From a bacterium (GTDB lineage: Bacteria > UBA8248), in NCBI GenBank assembly GCA_965199855.1, contig OZ241326.1, forward strand, positions 2,211,908-2,275,907: DNA of 64,000 bases. The letters are read 5' to 3'. Every line of letters starts with the position of its first letter. Position 1 is the stretch's first letter. Below the pieces are notes generated by a model. The model saw only the letters and a program-made list of their open reading frames with translations, had not been told where the DNA came from and searched no databases. Of the stretch, positions 45,472 to 55,027 are shown piece after piece. The position numbers and the translations under genes were made by a program.

Positions 45472-46325
45472 GAGGCGGCAGGGCGGTTTCCGAGACGCTC
45501 GTTCTCGTGAAGGGGGGCGGCGACCTCGCCACCGGCGCGGCGCACCGCCTGCGCCGCTCGGGCTTTCCCGTGATGATGACGGAAATCGAGCGTCCGACCA
45601 TGGTCCGCCGCGCCGTCTCCTTCGCCGAATGCCTCTACGCCGGCGAATGGCGGGTGGAGGGCGTGGCTTCCGCGAGGGCGGAGGGCGGCTCCCTGGAGGA
45701 GAAAATCGCCGGCGCGCGCGCGCTGATGGAGGCGGGCGCCGTTCCCGTGATGGTCGATCCGCGCGCCGAGGCGGTCGCCCGCGTCCGGCCCGCCGTCGTG
45801 ATCGACGCGATTCTCGCCAAGCGAAACCTCGGCACCCGCATCGAGGACGCCGAGGTGGTCATCGGCCTGGGGCCCGGCTTCACGGCGGGGGTCGATTGCC
45901 ACGCCGTCATCGAGACCGCCCGGGGGCACGACCTGGGGCGGGTGATACTCGAAGGGGCGGCGAAGCCGGACACGGGCGCGCCGGGCGCCATCGCGGGCTA
46001 CGCCGCCGAGCGGCTGCTGCGCGCCCCGCGCGCCGGCGCGTTCGCCTCCGCCGCCCGCATCGGGGACGCGGTGCGGGCGGGACAGGCCGTCGCCCGGGTG
46101 GACGGGGAGGAGGTGACGGCCCGCATCGACGGCGTCCTGCGCGGCCTGCTCAGGGACGGCATCGAGGTGAGCGCGGGCTTCAAGGTGGGCGACGTCGACC
46201 CCAGGGCCGAGCCTTCCCACTGCGTGACGATATCGGACAAGTCGCGCGCCGTCGGCGGCGGCGCGCTCGAGGCCGTCATGATGTTCCTGTTCGGCGTCTC
46301 CCCGGCCGCGGAGCGCGCGAATTGA
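45468..46325 (+). CDS. YqeB-family protein (selenium-dependent molybdenum hydroxylase system accessory protein).
   Basis: N-terminal LVLVKGGGDLATGAAHRL dinucleotide-fold motif and overall similarity to the YqeB (TIGR03309-type) family. A likely GTG start overlaps the ridA stop (GTGA). The ORF track start 45420 overlaps ridA. Confidence 0.6.
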   Translation: MRGGRAVSETLVLVKGGGDLATGAAHRLRRSGFPVMMTEIERPTMVRRAVSFAECLYAGEWRVEGVASARAEGGSLEEKIAGARALMEAGAVPVMVDPRAEAVARVRPAVVIDAILAKRNLGTRIEDAEVVIGLGPGFTAGVDCHAVIETARGHDLGRVILEGAAKPDTGAPGAIAGYAAERLLRAPRAGAFASAARIGDAVRAGQAVARVDGEEVTARIDGVLRGLLRDGIEVSAGFKVGDVDPRAEPSHCVTISDKSRAVGGGALEAVMMFLFGVSPAAERAN

Positions 46326-47206
46326 GTCCCGACATTCTGGCGGAAACGGTGGAAAGCGGCGCCTACCGCATCGGGCGCAGCGAAATCCCGATCAACCAGG
46401 CGAACGGCAACGCCTTCGTCCCCCCCGCGCAGTTCTATCTGGCGGCGGGCGACGCGCTCGAGCGCATCGCGTGGGCGGTGAGCCAGAACCTCCCCGTCCT
46501 GCTCGTCGGAGAGACCGGCGTCGGCAAGACGCTCTCGGTGCGCTACCTCGCCCACATGACGAACAACGGCTTCAGGCGCGTGAACCTCAACGGCATGACC
46601 ACGGTCGATGAATTCGTGGGCAAGCTGATGATCAACGAGCAGGGCACCTACTGGGTGAACGGCATCCTGATCGACGCGATGCAGTCGGGAGACTGGCTGC
46701 TCATCGACGAGATCAACGCCTGCCTGCCCGAAATCGCCTTCTGCCTCCACAGCCTGCTCGACGACGACCGCATGATCGTCCTCTCGGAGTATGACGGCCG
46801 CGTCGTCAAGCCCCATCCGGACTTCAGGCTCTTCGCCAGCATGAACCCCCACGAGGACAGGAGATACGGCGGCACGAAGCCCCTGAACGAGGCGCTTCTG
46901 GATCGCTTCCCCGTCACCGTGAGGATGGACTACCTGCCCTTCGAGGCGGAGGTCGAGGTCATCATGCGGCAGAGCGGGAACGGCGACGAGGAGCTCGTCC
47001 GGCGCATGGTGCGCGTGGGCCACGACGCGCGCGAGGCCATGAGGAACGAAAAGGTGTTCTGCACCTTCAGCACCCGGCGCCTGATTGACTGGGCGCGCAT
47101 GGCGGCGCGGTTCGACCCCATGGAGGCCGCCGTCTCGACCATCTTCAGCAAGGTCAACTCGTTCGACGCCAAGGTGCTCGAGGACATCGTGGACAACCAC
47201 TTCTAG
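46322..47206 (+). CDS. MoxR/CoxD-like AAA+ ATPase (AAA_5, CbbQ/NirQ/NorQ family).
   Basis: Walker A LLVGETGVGKT, Walker B LLIDEINA, and MoxR-type sensor regions. A probable TTG start overlaps the yqeB stop (TTGA). It lies in the long 45629..47206 ORF. Confidence 0.75.
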   Translation: MSPDILAETVESGAYRIGRSEIPINQANGNAFVPPAQFYLAAGDALERIAWAVSQNLPVLLVGETGVGKTLSVRYLAHMTNNGFRRVNLNGMTTVDEFVGKLMINEQGTYWVNGILIDAMQSGDWLLIDEINACLPEIAFCLHSLLDDDRMIVLSEYDGRVVKPHPDFRLFASMNPHEDRRYGGTKPLNEALLDRFPVTVRMDYLPFEAEVEVIMRQSGNGDEELVRRMVRVGHDAREAMRNEKVFCTFSTRRLIDWARMAARFDPMEAAVSTIFSKVNSFDAKVLEDIVDNHF

Positions 47207-47221
47207 CCGGGAGACGCAGGC

Positions 47222-48991
47222 ATGGAGCGCCGACGCGCCCGCCTCGAGACCCTCGCGCAGGTGACGGCGCGCGACTACGGCCTCGCCCTGCTGTTCGGCT
47301 CCCGGACGGAGACCGGGGACGACGCCGTCCTCGTCGAGGACCCGGAGCGGACCCTGGCGCGCCTGGGCGGCGGCCTCGACGACGAGCGCGTCCTGCGATA
47401 CCAGAAGGGCATGACGCTCATCGAGGTGGCCCGCAGGCTCCAGGGGACGCTTCGCTGGGCGGGCCGCGCGGCCCTCGCCAACCGGGAGACGCCGGGCCTT
47501 TTCCACCTCTGGCGCGCCCTCGAGGACGCCAGATGCGAGAACCGCCTCGCCGAGTCGCTGCCCGGCACGAGAAAGAATTTCCGCGCCTTCGTCCGTCCCG
47601 CGATCGAGGACGCCGAGCGAAGCCACGCGCGGGGGGAGCTCCCCCTGCTTCTCCAGATTCAATGGGGCATCTACCTCGCCGGCGTCGGCCAGACGCCCGG
47701 CGCCGCCTCCTCAAGGCCCGGGGATTTGCCCTCGGCCTGGTTCGATTCCGTCATCGCCCAGATTCTTCAGAGGCTCGTCCCGATCATCGACCGCGCCTGC
47801 GCGGCCAAAGAGCCGAAGACCGCCTTCGACTGCGCGAACGAAATCTACGACGCCGTGCGGCGCTTCCTCACCGAGGAGCAGCTCGCGCAGATGCGCGAGA
47901 GCGAGGAGCTCTCGGAGCTTCCGGATGAAATTCTGGAGAAAATCGAGAACCAGAAACTCCAGGGGGAGGAGTCCGAGTCGCCGGAGGCGCTCCACCCGGA
48001 GGCGCTCGACGAGGTGGACGCGGACGAGGGCGAGCAGGTCGAGCTCACGCCCGAGGAGCTCGCCGCCCTGGGCCGCTGGGCGTCTCCCTGGTTCGAGATG
48101 GAGGGCGGCGGGAAGGAAGTCCACCCGACGGCGGAGCATCCCGACGAGCGCACCATCGTCCTGCCCCCGGAGGGCAAGGCGGAGGAATACGCGGCGATCA
48201 TGGACGGCGCGGGCAGCCACATCAAGGTGCTGGCGTGGAAGCTCACGCAGATCATTCAGGAGAGAGCCTACGCCCGCTTCAGCGGCTCGCACCGCTCCGG
48301 CAAGCTGAACGTCCCGAAGCTCTGGAAGCAGCGCCTGGGCAAATTTCATCTTTTTCACCGCAAGGAGGAGCCCGAGAAGCTCGACGTCTGCTTCACCCTC
48401 CTCGTGGACGAGAGCGGCAGCATGAACCGCGAATCGAAATACGTAGCCGCCAGGGAGGCGACCGTGTTCTTCGCGGAAGTCCTCGACCGGCTGGACGTGC
48501 CCTTCGAGGTGATCGGCTACTCCACCGAGAGCTCGGAGGCGGCCATGGCGGCCGCGCTCGGCCACATCCCCGCCTTCAAGTTCAGGCACATCCGGCACTC
48601 CCCCCTTCAGCACCGCATCTACAAGGGCTTCGAGGACGCCTTCCCCCAGGTCAAGAACCGTCTCGTCAACATTTATCCGCGCTTCAACAACTGGGACGAG
48701 GAGCATCTGCTGTTCGCCTACCGAAGGCTCAGCCAGCGGCCCGAGGAGGAGAAGATCATCATCATCACCTCGGACGGCCAGCCCAACGGCGACGCGGCCC
48801 ACCTCGTGAGCGCGGTCGGCCGCCTCCAGGCGCTCGGCGTGCGGATCATCGGCGTCGGCGTGGTGGACCCCTTCGTCGAGCAGATCTACCCGAACCACAT
48901 CGTGGTGCAGGACCTCTCCCAGCTCTCCACGGAGCTGGTGAACATTCTGCGGCGCGAGCTGCTCGGGGGGGCGGAGGGCCGCCCTTGGTAG
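47222..48991 (+). CDS. von Willebrand factor A (VWA) domain protein, CoxE/NorD-like partner of the MoxR ATPase.
   Basis: 589 aa. C-terminal VWA domain with MIDAS motif (LLVDESGSM…T…SDG). Has the typical MoxR-VWA gene-pair architecture. Confidence 0.8.
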   Translation: MERRRARLETLAQVTARDYGLALLFGSRTETGDDAVLVEDPERTLARLGGGLDDERVLRYQKGMTLIEVARRLQGTLRWAGRAALANRETPGLFHLWRALEDARCENRLAESLPGTRKNFRAFVRPAIEDAERSHARGELPLLLQIQWGIYLAGVGQTPGAASSRPGDLPSAWFDSVIAQILQRLVPIIDRACAAKEPKTAFDCANEIYDAVRRFLTEEQLAQMRESEELSELPDEILEKIENQKLQGEESESPEALHPEALDEVDADEGEQVELTPEELAALGRWASPWFEMEGGGKEVHPTAEHPDERTIVLPPEGKAEEYAAIMDGAGSHIKVLAWKLTQIIQERAYARFSGSHRSGKLNVPKLWKQRLGKFHLFHRKEEPEKLDVCFTLLVDESGSMNRESKYVAAREATVFFAEVLDRLDVPFEVIGYSTESSEAAMAAALGHIPAFKFRHIRHSPLQHRIYKGFEDAFPQVKNRLVNIYPRFNNWDEEHLLFAYRRLSQRPEEEKIIIITSDGQPNGDAAHLVSAVGRLQALGVRIIGVGVVDPFVEQIYPNHIVVQDLSQLSTELVNILRRELLGGAEGRPW

Positions 48992-49011
48992 CGGAAGGCG
49001 GCCTCGCGCGG

Positions 49012-49812
49012 ATGATCGGCGCCCGAGCGGGGCGGATCGTCGCGGCGGTCGGGGCGGGGGGGAAAACGAGCCTGCTCACGGCGCTCGCCCGGGAGTTTCA
49101 CGCCCGAAGCGGCGCGCCCGCCCTCCTCACGACGACCACCAGAATTTTCGCGCCCCTGCCGGAGGAGGGGATTCCCCTCGCCCTGGGCGACGCCGCCGCC
49201 CTCTCGAGGAGGCTGCGCCCCTACATGAGAGCCTGCGGCGTCTCCTGGCTCGCCCGCGGACGCGAGGGCCGCGCGCCGGTTCCGGGCCGGGAGGGCGAGC
49301 GCCGCATGAAGCTGCGCGGCTTCGCGCCCTCCGAAATCGAGGGATTGCGTCTCGCGGAGGGCCTCACCCTCATCGAGGCGGACGGGGCGAGGCGCCTGCC
49401 CGTCAAGGCGCCCGGCGCGCGGGAGCCCGTCCTGCCCGAAGGCGTGGACGCCGTGCTGGGCGTCGTGGGGCTGGACGCCCTGGGCGCGCCCCTGGACGAG
49501 GCCCATGCGTTCCGCCCGGAGCTGCTCTCGCGGATATGCCGCCTGGACGCCGGCGCGGAGATCACGGCGGAGGCGATCGGGGCGCTGTGCGCGCACCCCG
49601 AGGGGCTGTTTCGCAAGGCGGACGGCGGCGCGCGCAGGTGGATCGTCCTCAACAAGGCCGATTTGGAAGCCTCGCTGGAAAAACGAAGAAAGATCGCCTA
49701 TACTATCCGGGAAATGGCGGGAAAGCCCCATGGGCCGGCGGACGGGGTTCTCCTGACCTCCTGCCTGAAGAACAGGCCGGAAGTTTTGCTGCGAATCGGG
49801 CCGGACGCCTGA
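49012..49812 (+). CDS. YqeC-family P-loop protein (probable selenium-dependent hydroxylase accessory protein).
   Basis: 266 aa from MIGARAGRIVAAVGAGGKTSLLTALA… with a P-loop GAGGKTS. Matches the YqeC (TIGR03172-type) family. Confidence 0.65.
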   Translation: MIGARAGRIVAAVGAGGKTSLLTALAREFHARSGAPALLTTTTRIFAPLPEEGIPLALGDAAALSRRLRPYMRACGVSWLARGREGRAPVPGREGERRMKLRGFAPSEIEGLRLAEGLTLIEADGARRLPVKAPGAREPVLPEGVDAVLGVVGLDALGAPLDEAHAFRPELLSRICRLDAGAEITAEAIGALCAHPEGLFRKADGGARRWIVLNKADLEASLEKRRKIAYTIREMAGKPHGPADGVLLTSCLKNRPEVLLRIGPDA

Positions 49813-49842
49813 GAGGAGGCGGCCCGCCTGCGCGGAGGAGAG

Positions 49843-50988
49843 ATGAGCGAGGACGTTTTCAGGGAAATGGCGAGGATGAAGGAGAAGGGGCAGGCGGGCG
49901 CGCTCGCCACCGTCGTGGCCCGCAAGGGCTCCGCGCCCATGAGCGGCGACGCGAAGATGCTCGTGCGCGAGGACGGCAGCGCCGAGGGCACCGTCGGGGG
50001 CGGCTGCCTGGAGGCCGAGGTCTGGGAGACCGCGATGAGCGTCCTCGAAACGGGCGCGCCCGAGAAGCTCTCCTTCGACCTCACCCAGAAGGAGGCGGAG
50101 GACAGCGGCCACATCTGCGGCGGCGTGGTGGAGATACTGGTGGAGCCGCTCCGGGCGTTTCCCCGGGAGCTGCTCGATGAGATCAACCGCGTGAAAAACC
50201 GGGGCGGAAGTGCCGCGCTGGCGACCATCGTCCAGCCGGGGGCGCTCGACATCCCGAAGCCCGAGGCCGGGAAAATGCTCTTCAGGCGCGACGGCAGCTC
50301 CGTGGGGGAAATTCCGCGCTATTCGGCGGAAGTCTGGGCGGAGAGCGCGCAGGTGATTCGCCAGGGCAGCCCCACCCTCCTGCACTTCAGCCAGGGCGCC
50401 GCGCGCGGCGGAGGAAAGAAGCCCGCGCCCGGCGAGGCGACCGAAATTTTCGTGGAGCCCATCTCCGGCCAGCCGCTCGTCTATATCTTCGGCGGCGGGC
50501 ACGTATCCTTCTGCGTCGCGCAGGCGGCCTGGCTCGCCGGCTTCCGGGTCGCCATCGTGGAGGACAGACCCTCCTTCGCCAACAAGGAGCGCTTCCCGAT
50601 GGCCGAGGCGTTCCACGTGGGCGATTTCCCGGAAGTTTTCAGGGAAATTCCGGTGGACGAGGCGGACTACCTGGCCATCATCACCCGGGGCCACGCGAAC
50701 GACGAGGTCGTCCTCGAATGGGCGATGAAGACGAAGGCGCGCTACATCGGGATGATCGGCTCGAAGAGCAAGGTGCTGCTCACCTACCGCCATCTTCAGG
50801 AGAAGGGCTTCGCGCGGAGCGAGCTCATCGAGCGCGTCCACGCGCCCATCGGCCTGGACATCGGCGCCGACACGCCGGGCGAGATCGGAATCGCCATCGC
50901 CGCCGAGTTCGTCCGCCATCGCCGCCGGGGCGAGGCGGAAAGCGAGGGCGCGGGCAGCAAGCGGGTGCGCCTGGGAAGAAAGGCGTAA
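49843..50988 (+). CDS. xdhC: XdhC/CoxI-family molybdenum hydroxylase maturation factor.
   Basis: 381 aa. XdhC_CoxI N-terminal domain (…ALATVVARKGSAPMSGDAKMLV…GTVGGGCLE…) plus a Rossmann-like XdhC_C (…VYIFGGGHVS…). Confidence 0.8.
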   Translation: MSEDVFREMARMKEKGQAGALATVVARKGSAPMSGDAKMLVREDGSAEGTVGGGCLEAEVWETAMSVLETGAPEKLSFDLTQKEAEDSGHICGGVVEILVEPLRAFPRELLDEINRVKNRGGSAALATIVQPGALDIPKPEAGKMLFRRDGSSVGEIPRYSAEVWAESAQVIRQGSPTLLHFSQGAARGGGKKPAPGEATEIFVEPISGQPLVYIFGGGHVSFCVAQAAWLAGFRVAIVEDRPSFANKERFPMAEAFHVGDFPEVFREIPVDEADYLAIITRGHANDEVVLEWAMKTKARYIGMIGSKSKVLLTYRHLQEKGFARSELIERVHAPIGLDIGADTPGEIGIAIAAEFVRHRRRGEAESEGAGSKRVRLGRKA

Positions 50989-51032
50989 AAGCCTCTCGCC
51001 TCCGGCCCCCGAGCGGGATTCGCCCGAACGCC

Positions 51033-51845
51033 ATGAGCCACCTGCGCGCGCTCGCCGCGGCGGCGACGGACTTCCTCATCCCCCCGAAATGCCTTTTGTG
51101 CGCGAGCGCCCTGGAAATCGGCGGCGCGCGGACGATATGCGCGCCCTGCGACGAGGCGCTCGATCGCTTCGAGCCGCCCTGGTGCCCCAGGTGCGGCGCG
51201 CCCTTCCCCTCCCACGCCGCCCTGTCGCACTCCCCCGCCCACCACTGCGCGGAGTGCGCGGAAAACGTCTTTCACTTCGACGGGGCGCGCGCCGTCGGCG
51301 CCTTCAAGGGCTCTCTCCGGGAGCTGGTCCACCTGTTCAAATACGGAGGCGTCACCAAGCTGGCGCACGAGTTCGCCCCCCGGCTCGCCGCGCTCGCCGC
51401 GGACGAGCTGGGCGTCGGGCGGGACGATCCGGACGTGATCGTAACCCACGTGCCGATAGCGTCCGCGCGCTGGCGGGAGCGGGGCTTCGATCAAACGCGC
51501 CTGCTCGCGCTCCGGACGGCGAAGAGCCTCGGAGCGCCGCACGCGGACTGTCTGGAGCGCGCGAAGGAGACCCGTCCGCAAACCGGGCTCTCCGCGAGCG
51601 AGCGGCGCCGCAACGTACGGGGCGCCTTCCGGGCGCGCCCGAAGGCGGCGCGGATGCTCGAAGGGAAGACGTGCATCCTCCTCGACGACGTCATCACCAC
51701 CGGCTTCACCGCCTCGGCCTGCGCCCGCGAGCTCAAGCGGGCGGGCGCCGCCGCCGTGCACGCGCTCACCATCTGCCGCTCGCGAGGGCCCGCGCCCCCG
51801 CCGCGCGCGGAGGGGGTCAACGAGAGGGCTACGCATAACCTGTAA
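51033..51845 (+). CDS. ComF-family protein (double zinc ribbon plus phosphoribosyltransferase domain).
   Basis: From MSHLRAL… N-terminal CxxC…CxxC pairs and a C-terminal PRTase motif ILLDDVITTGFTASA. Confidence 0.8.
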   Translation: MSHLRALAAAATDFLIPPKCLLCASALEIGGARTICAPCDEALDRFEPPWCPRCGAPFPSHAALSHSPAHHCAECAENVFHFDGARAVGAFKGSLRELVHLFKYGGVTKLAHEFAPRLAALAADELGVGRDDPDVIVTHVPIASARWRERGFDQTRLLALRTAKSLGAPHADCLERAKETRPQTGLSASERRRNVRGAFRARPKAARMLEGKTCILLDDVITTGFTASACARELKRAGAAAVHALTICRSRGPAPPPRAEGVNERATHNL

Positions 51846-51873
51846 TTTTTCCCGCCCGTCAGGAGGAGCAAAA

Positions 51874-52680
51874 ATGCAGGATCGATACACGGGCGACGTA
51901 GGGGATTTCGGCAAATACGGACTGCTCCGCGCCATCACCCGGCCCGGGATTACGAAAAAAGACGGCCAGGAGACATTGAGCCTCGGCGTCGTGTGGTATC
52001 GCCATCCCGACGAGAAAGACACGAACGACGGCGAGCATATCGACTATCTCGGCCCTTCCGGGCGCGAGAATTTTCGGAAGTGCGATCCTGAACTATATGA
52101 TTGCCTGAGCAAGATCGTCAGATATGACTCCAAAACCAGGAAGGCAAAGGGTCGCAGGGCGATATCGAAGATCGAGAATAGCGAGATACTCGGTTCGCAA
52201 ACTCGTTTTTTCGGCAGGCGATGTCCTTATGACGCGGATGCTCGTAAAAAATGGCGCCGAGAAGCGTTGAACGAAATGAAGGGATGCGATTTGGTATTCC
52301 TCGACCCGGACAACGGGCTCAGGTGCAACCAGAACCTTGACAGCGGAAAACACGCCTACCTTGAGGAAGTCTTGAGCTTTGTTCTTCAAGGCAGCGCAGT
52401 AATTTTCTATCATCATCCTGACAGGTGAAAAACGCATAATGAACAAATCAGAAAACTCGCTCAATATATTGCTCGCAAGTTGGATAAAAATCACCGCGTA
52501 TCCGCTTTCCGTTACCGCAGAGGGAACTCCCGGGCGTTTTTCATCATTTGGCCGCGGGATCGGCAGAAAGTATTCAAGCCCCGCATGAAGGCGATTCGTG
52601 ATGGCCTGTGGGGCCGGGAATGTCGCTTTGAACTCACGGCGCGTTCCATCTCCGGCAAAAGCAGGGGCAACCCGAGTTAG
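51874..52680 (+). pseudogene. Hypothetical gene in a low-GC islet, interrupted by a single in-frame TGA (52426..52428). Candidate pseudogene.
   Basis: ORFs 51874..52428 and 52480..52680 are in the same frame with no other stop between them. No SECIS-like hairpin follows this TGA. GC content here is far below the genome background. Confidence 0.4.
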
Positions 52681-52704
52681 ATAAAGGGTTCCGCGCGTTT
52701 CCCC

Positions 52705-53784
52705 TCACCTCCTCCCGCTCCCGGCCATGCGGGCGGCGAGGAGGAGGGCGTCCACCATGCTGGCGTGATCCGCCGCGCCCTCCCCCGCGATGGGAAACCC
52801 CGTCCCGTGCTCCACCGAGGTTCTGACGATGGGCAGGCCCAGCGTCACGTTGACGCCGCGCACGGCGGCGCGCCCGCTCGCGTCGAAGCGAAAGCACATG
52901 AGCTTGCCGGGAATGTGTCCCTGGTCGTGATACATGGCCACGACGCCGTCGTAGCGTCCGCCCCGCAGCTCCGCGAAAATCGTGTCCGGCGGCGCGGGGC
53001 CATGCGCGTCAACCCCCGCCTCCCGCAAATCCGAGACGGCGGGGGCTATCTCCCGCGCCTCCTCCTCCCCGAACAGGCCGGATTCCCCCGCGTGGGGGTT
53101 GAGGCCCGCGACGCCGACGCGGGGCGCCCTGCGATCCAGCCGGCGCAGGGCGTCGGCCAGAACCCGCCCCACGTGGACGATTCGCTTCCTCTTCACGCGC
53201 CTGATCGCCTCCCGGAGCGGGCAGTGGGTGGAGAGGTGGGCGATGCGCATCCTCCCGCGCGCCAGCATCATGACGGGGCGCCCGCCGCCGCACAGGTCGG
53301 CGAGCATCTCGGTATGCCCCGGATAGTCGTAGCCGCCGGCGCGCAGGGCCTCCTTGCTTATCGGCGCGGTCGCCACGGCGTCCGCCAGACCCGCGCGCGC
53401 CATCGAGACGGCCGCCTCGACGCATTCTCCCGCCGCCCTGCCCAGTTCGGGCAGGACTTTTCCGAAAACCCGGCTCCCGGCGGGGACGTTCCCCAGGTCC
53501 ACCACCGGCGTCCGCGCGGACGCCGGACGCGGGGCGCGCGCCTCCTCGCGCGCGATGGATTCCAGCCGCGCGGGAATCCCCATCCTGCGGGCGTGCCTGC
53601 GAAGCGCCGCCACGTCGCCGACGATGAGGGGCGCGCATCTCTTCCGAACGCGGGGTTCGAGGACGGCTTTCAGGCACACCTCCGGCCCCACGCCCGCCGG
53701 ATCGCCCATGGTCATCGCTATGACGGGTCGTCCCTTCACGGCGGCCCCTTCCCTCCCTTCGCCCCCTCGGCTCCGGGAGCGCAT
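52705..53784 (-). CDS. pdxA: 4-hydroxythreonine-4-phosphate dehydrogenase PdxA.
   Basis: …IAMTMGDPAGVGPEV… with conserved His/metal-binding blocks (…LSTHC…; …MYHDQGHIP…). Start uncertain: ATG at 53784 or GTG at 53739. Confidence 0.85.
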   Translation of the reverse strand: MRSRSRGGEGREGAAVKGRPVIAMTMGDPAGVGPEVCLKAVLEPRVRKRCAPLIVGDVAALRRHARRMGIPARLESIAREEARAPRPASARTPVVDLGNVPAGSRVFGKVLPELGRAAGECVEAAVSMARAGLADAVATAPISKEALRAGGYDYPGHTEMLADLCGGGRPVMMLARGRMRIAHLSTHCPLREAIRRVKRKRIVHVGRVLADALRRLDRRAPRVGVAGLNPHAGESGLFGEEEAREIAPAVSDLREAGVDAHGPAPPDTIFAELRGGRYDGVVAMYHDQGHIPGKLMCFRFDASGRAAVRGVNVTLGLPIVRTSVEHGTGFPIAGEGAADHASMVDALLLAARMAGSGRR

Positions 53785-53876
53785 CGGGGGAAACCCTTGA
53801 CTTCGGCGGCGCGTCCTCCCCAAGATGCGCCTCGCACTATGAAGGCATCCGAAGCCCCCATCAAGAGGAAAACCCC

Positions 53877-54386
53877 TTGGGAGAGAAGGGCGCGAGCGCG
53901 CGGAGGACGACGCGCAAACTCCATGAGCTCGGCTTCACGCACGTCCTGATGATTCCGGACAGCGAGAGCCGGCTCCTTTACGAGGCGCTGGAGCGCGACG
54001 AGAGGATCGACCTCATCACCCCCTGCCGGGAGGGCGAGTCCGTCGCCATCGCCGCGGGGCTCTGGACGGGCGGCCAAAAGCCCCTGCTCGTGATTCAGAA
54101 CACCGGGCTGATGGAGGCGGGAGACGCCCTGCGGGGCTGCGGGACGGGCCCCGGGGCGCCTTTGCGGATGATGGTCGGCTGGCGGGGATACGGCGGGGCG
54201 ACCGCCGGAAAGCTGCCGATTGATTCGGCCTACGCCTTCACGGAGCCCCTGCTTGAGGCTTGGAGAATCCCGACCTGGCGGCTCATGTCCGACGACGACC
54301 TGGGGGCGCTCGACCTGATGGACGAGGCGGCGGCGTCCGCCTCCTACCCGGCGGCCGTCCTCACCGGCTACGGGTTCAGACCATGA
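53877..54386 (+). CDS. Sulfopyruvate decarboxylase alpha-subunit-like (ComD-type TPP enzyme N-terminal domain).
   Basis: 169 aa. The TPP_enzyme_N-like region carries the Glu context (…PCREGESVAIAAGL…). Confidence 0.65.
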   Translation: MGEKGASARRTTRKLHELGFTHVLMIPDSESRLLYEALERDERIDLITPCREGESVAIAAGLWTGGQKPLLVIQNTGLMEAGDALRGCGTGPGAPLRMMVGWRGYGGATAGKLPIDSAYAFTEPLLEAWRIPTWRLMSDDDLGALDLMDEAAASASYPAAVLTGYGFRP

Positions 54387-54399
54387 GGGGCGAATCCTC

Positions 54400-54984
54400 T
54401 TGATAGAGCGCATGGAGCTGTTCCGGGCGCTGGCCGCGCGCAGGACGGACGAAATCGTGGTGATGACCATGACCGCCACCCTCCAGTGGCCGCTGGTCTC
54501 GAAGAGCGACCTCGATTTCGACTTTCTGGCGTTCGGCATGGGCCACGCCGCCGACTTCGGCCTGGGTCTCGCCCTCGCGCGTCCCGAGCGGAAGACCATC
54601 GTCTGGAAAGGGGACGGGGGACTCCTGATGAGCCTGGGTTCGCTGGTGACGCTGGCGCGCTACGCGCCGGGAAACCTCGTCGTCTTCCTGCTCGAGAACA
54701 GGAGCTACGAGATGGTGGGCGGGCAGGCGCTTCCGCCCCGCGCCGATTTCGTGGAGCTGGCGCGCGCCTCGGGCTTCGAGGGCGGCGGCGCGACGGGCGC
54801 GGGCAAGGTCGCGCGCGTTGACTCTCTCGAAGGGTTTCAGGACGCCCTGCCGCGGATGCTCGCCGAGCAAGGCCCCCATTTCATCGTTCTTCCGGTCAAG
54901 AACAGCGAGGAGCTCCCGCCCGTGAACCATTCCGACCACGCCGGGAGAATCAGGACGCTGAGAGGGGCGCTGGGCGTCCAGTGA
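54400..54984 (+). CDS. Sulfopyruvate decarboxylase beta-subunit-like (ComE-type TPP-binding domain).
   Basis: 194 aa. TPP-binding GDG-X24-NN-like motif (GDGGLLMSLGSLVTLARYAPGNLVVFLLENRSYEMVGG). Confidence 0.65.
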   Translation: MIERMELFRALAARRTDEIVVMTMTATLQWPLVSKSDLDFDFLAFGMGHAADFGLGLALARPERKTIVWKGDGGLLMSLGSLVTLARYAPGNLVVFLLENRSYEMVGGQALPPRADFVELARASGFEGGGATGAGKVARVDSLEGFQDALPRMLAEQGPHFIVLPVKNSEELPPVNHSDHAGRIRTLRGALGVQ

Positions 54985-55027
54985 TCGGCGCGGGCGGAGA
55001 AAGCGCCCGGACCCGCGAGCCTGCGCC

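Noticed and set aside
52426-52480. A second in-frame TGA (51874..52680 gene), considered as a possible selenocysteine codon.
   Set aside because: No stem-loop follows the TGA and there is no redox-motif context. More consistent with a nonsense mutation (pseudogene) in foreign low-GC DNA.
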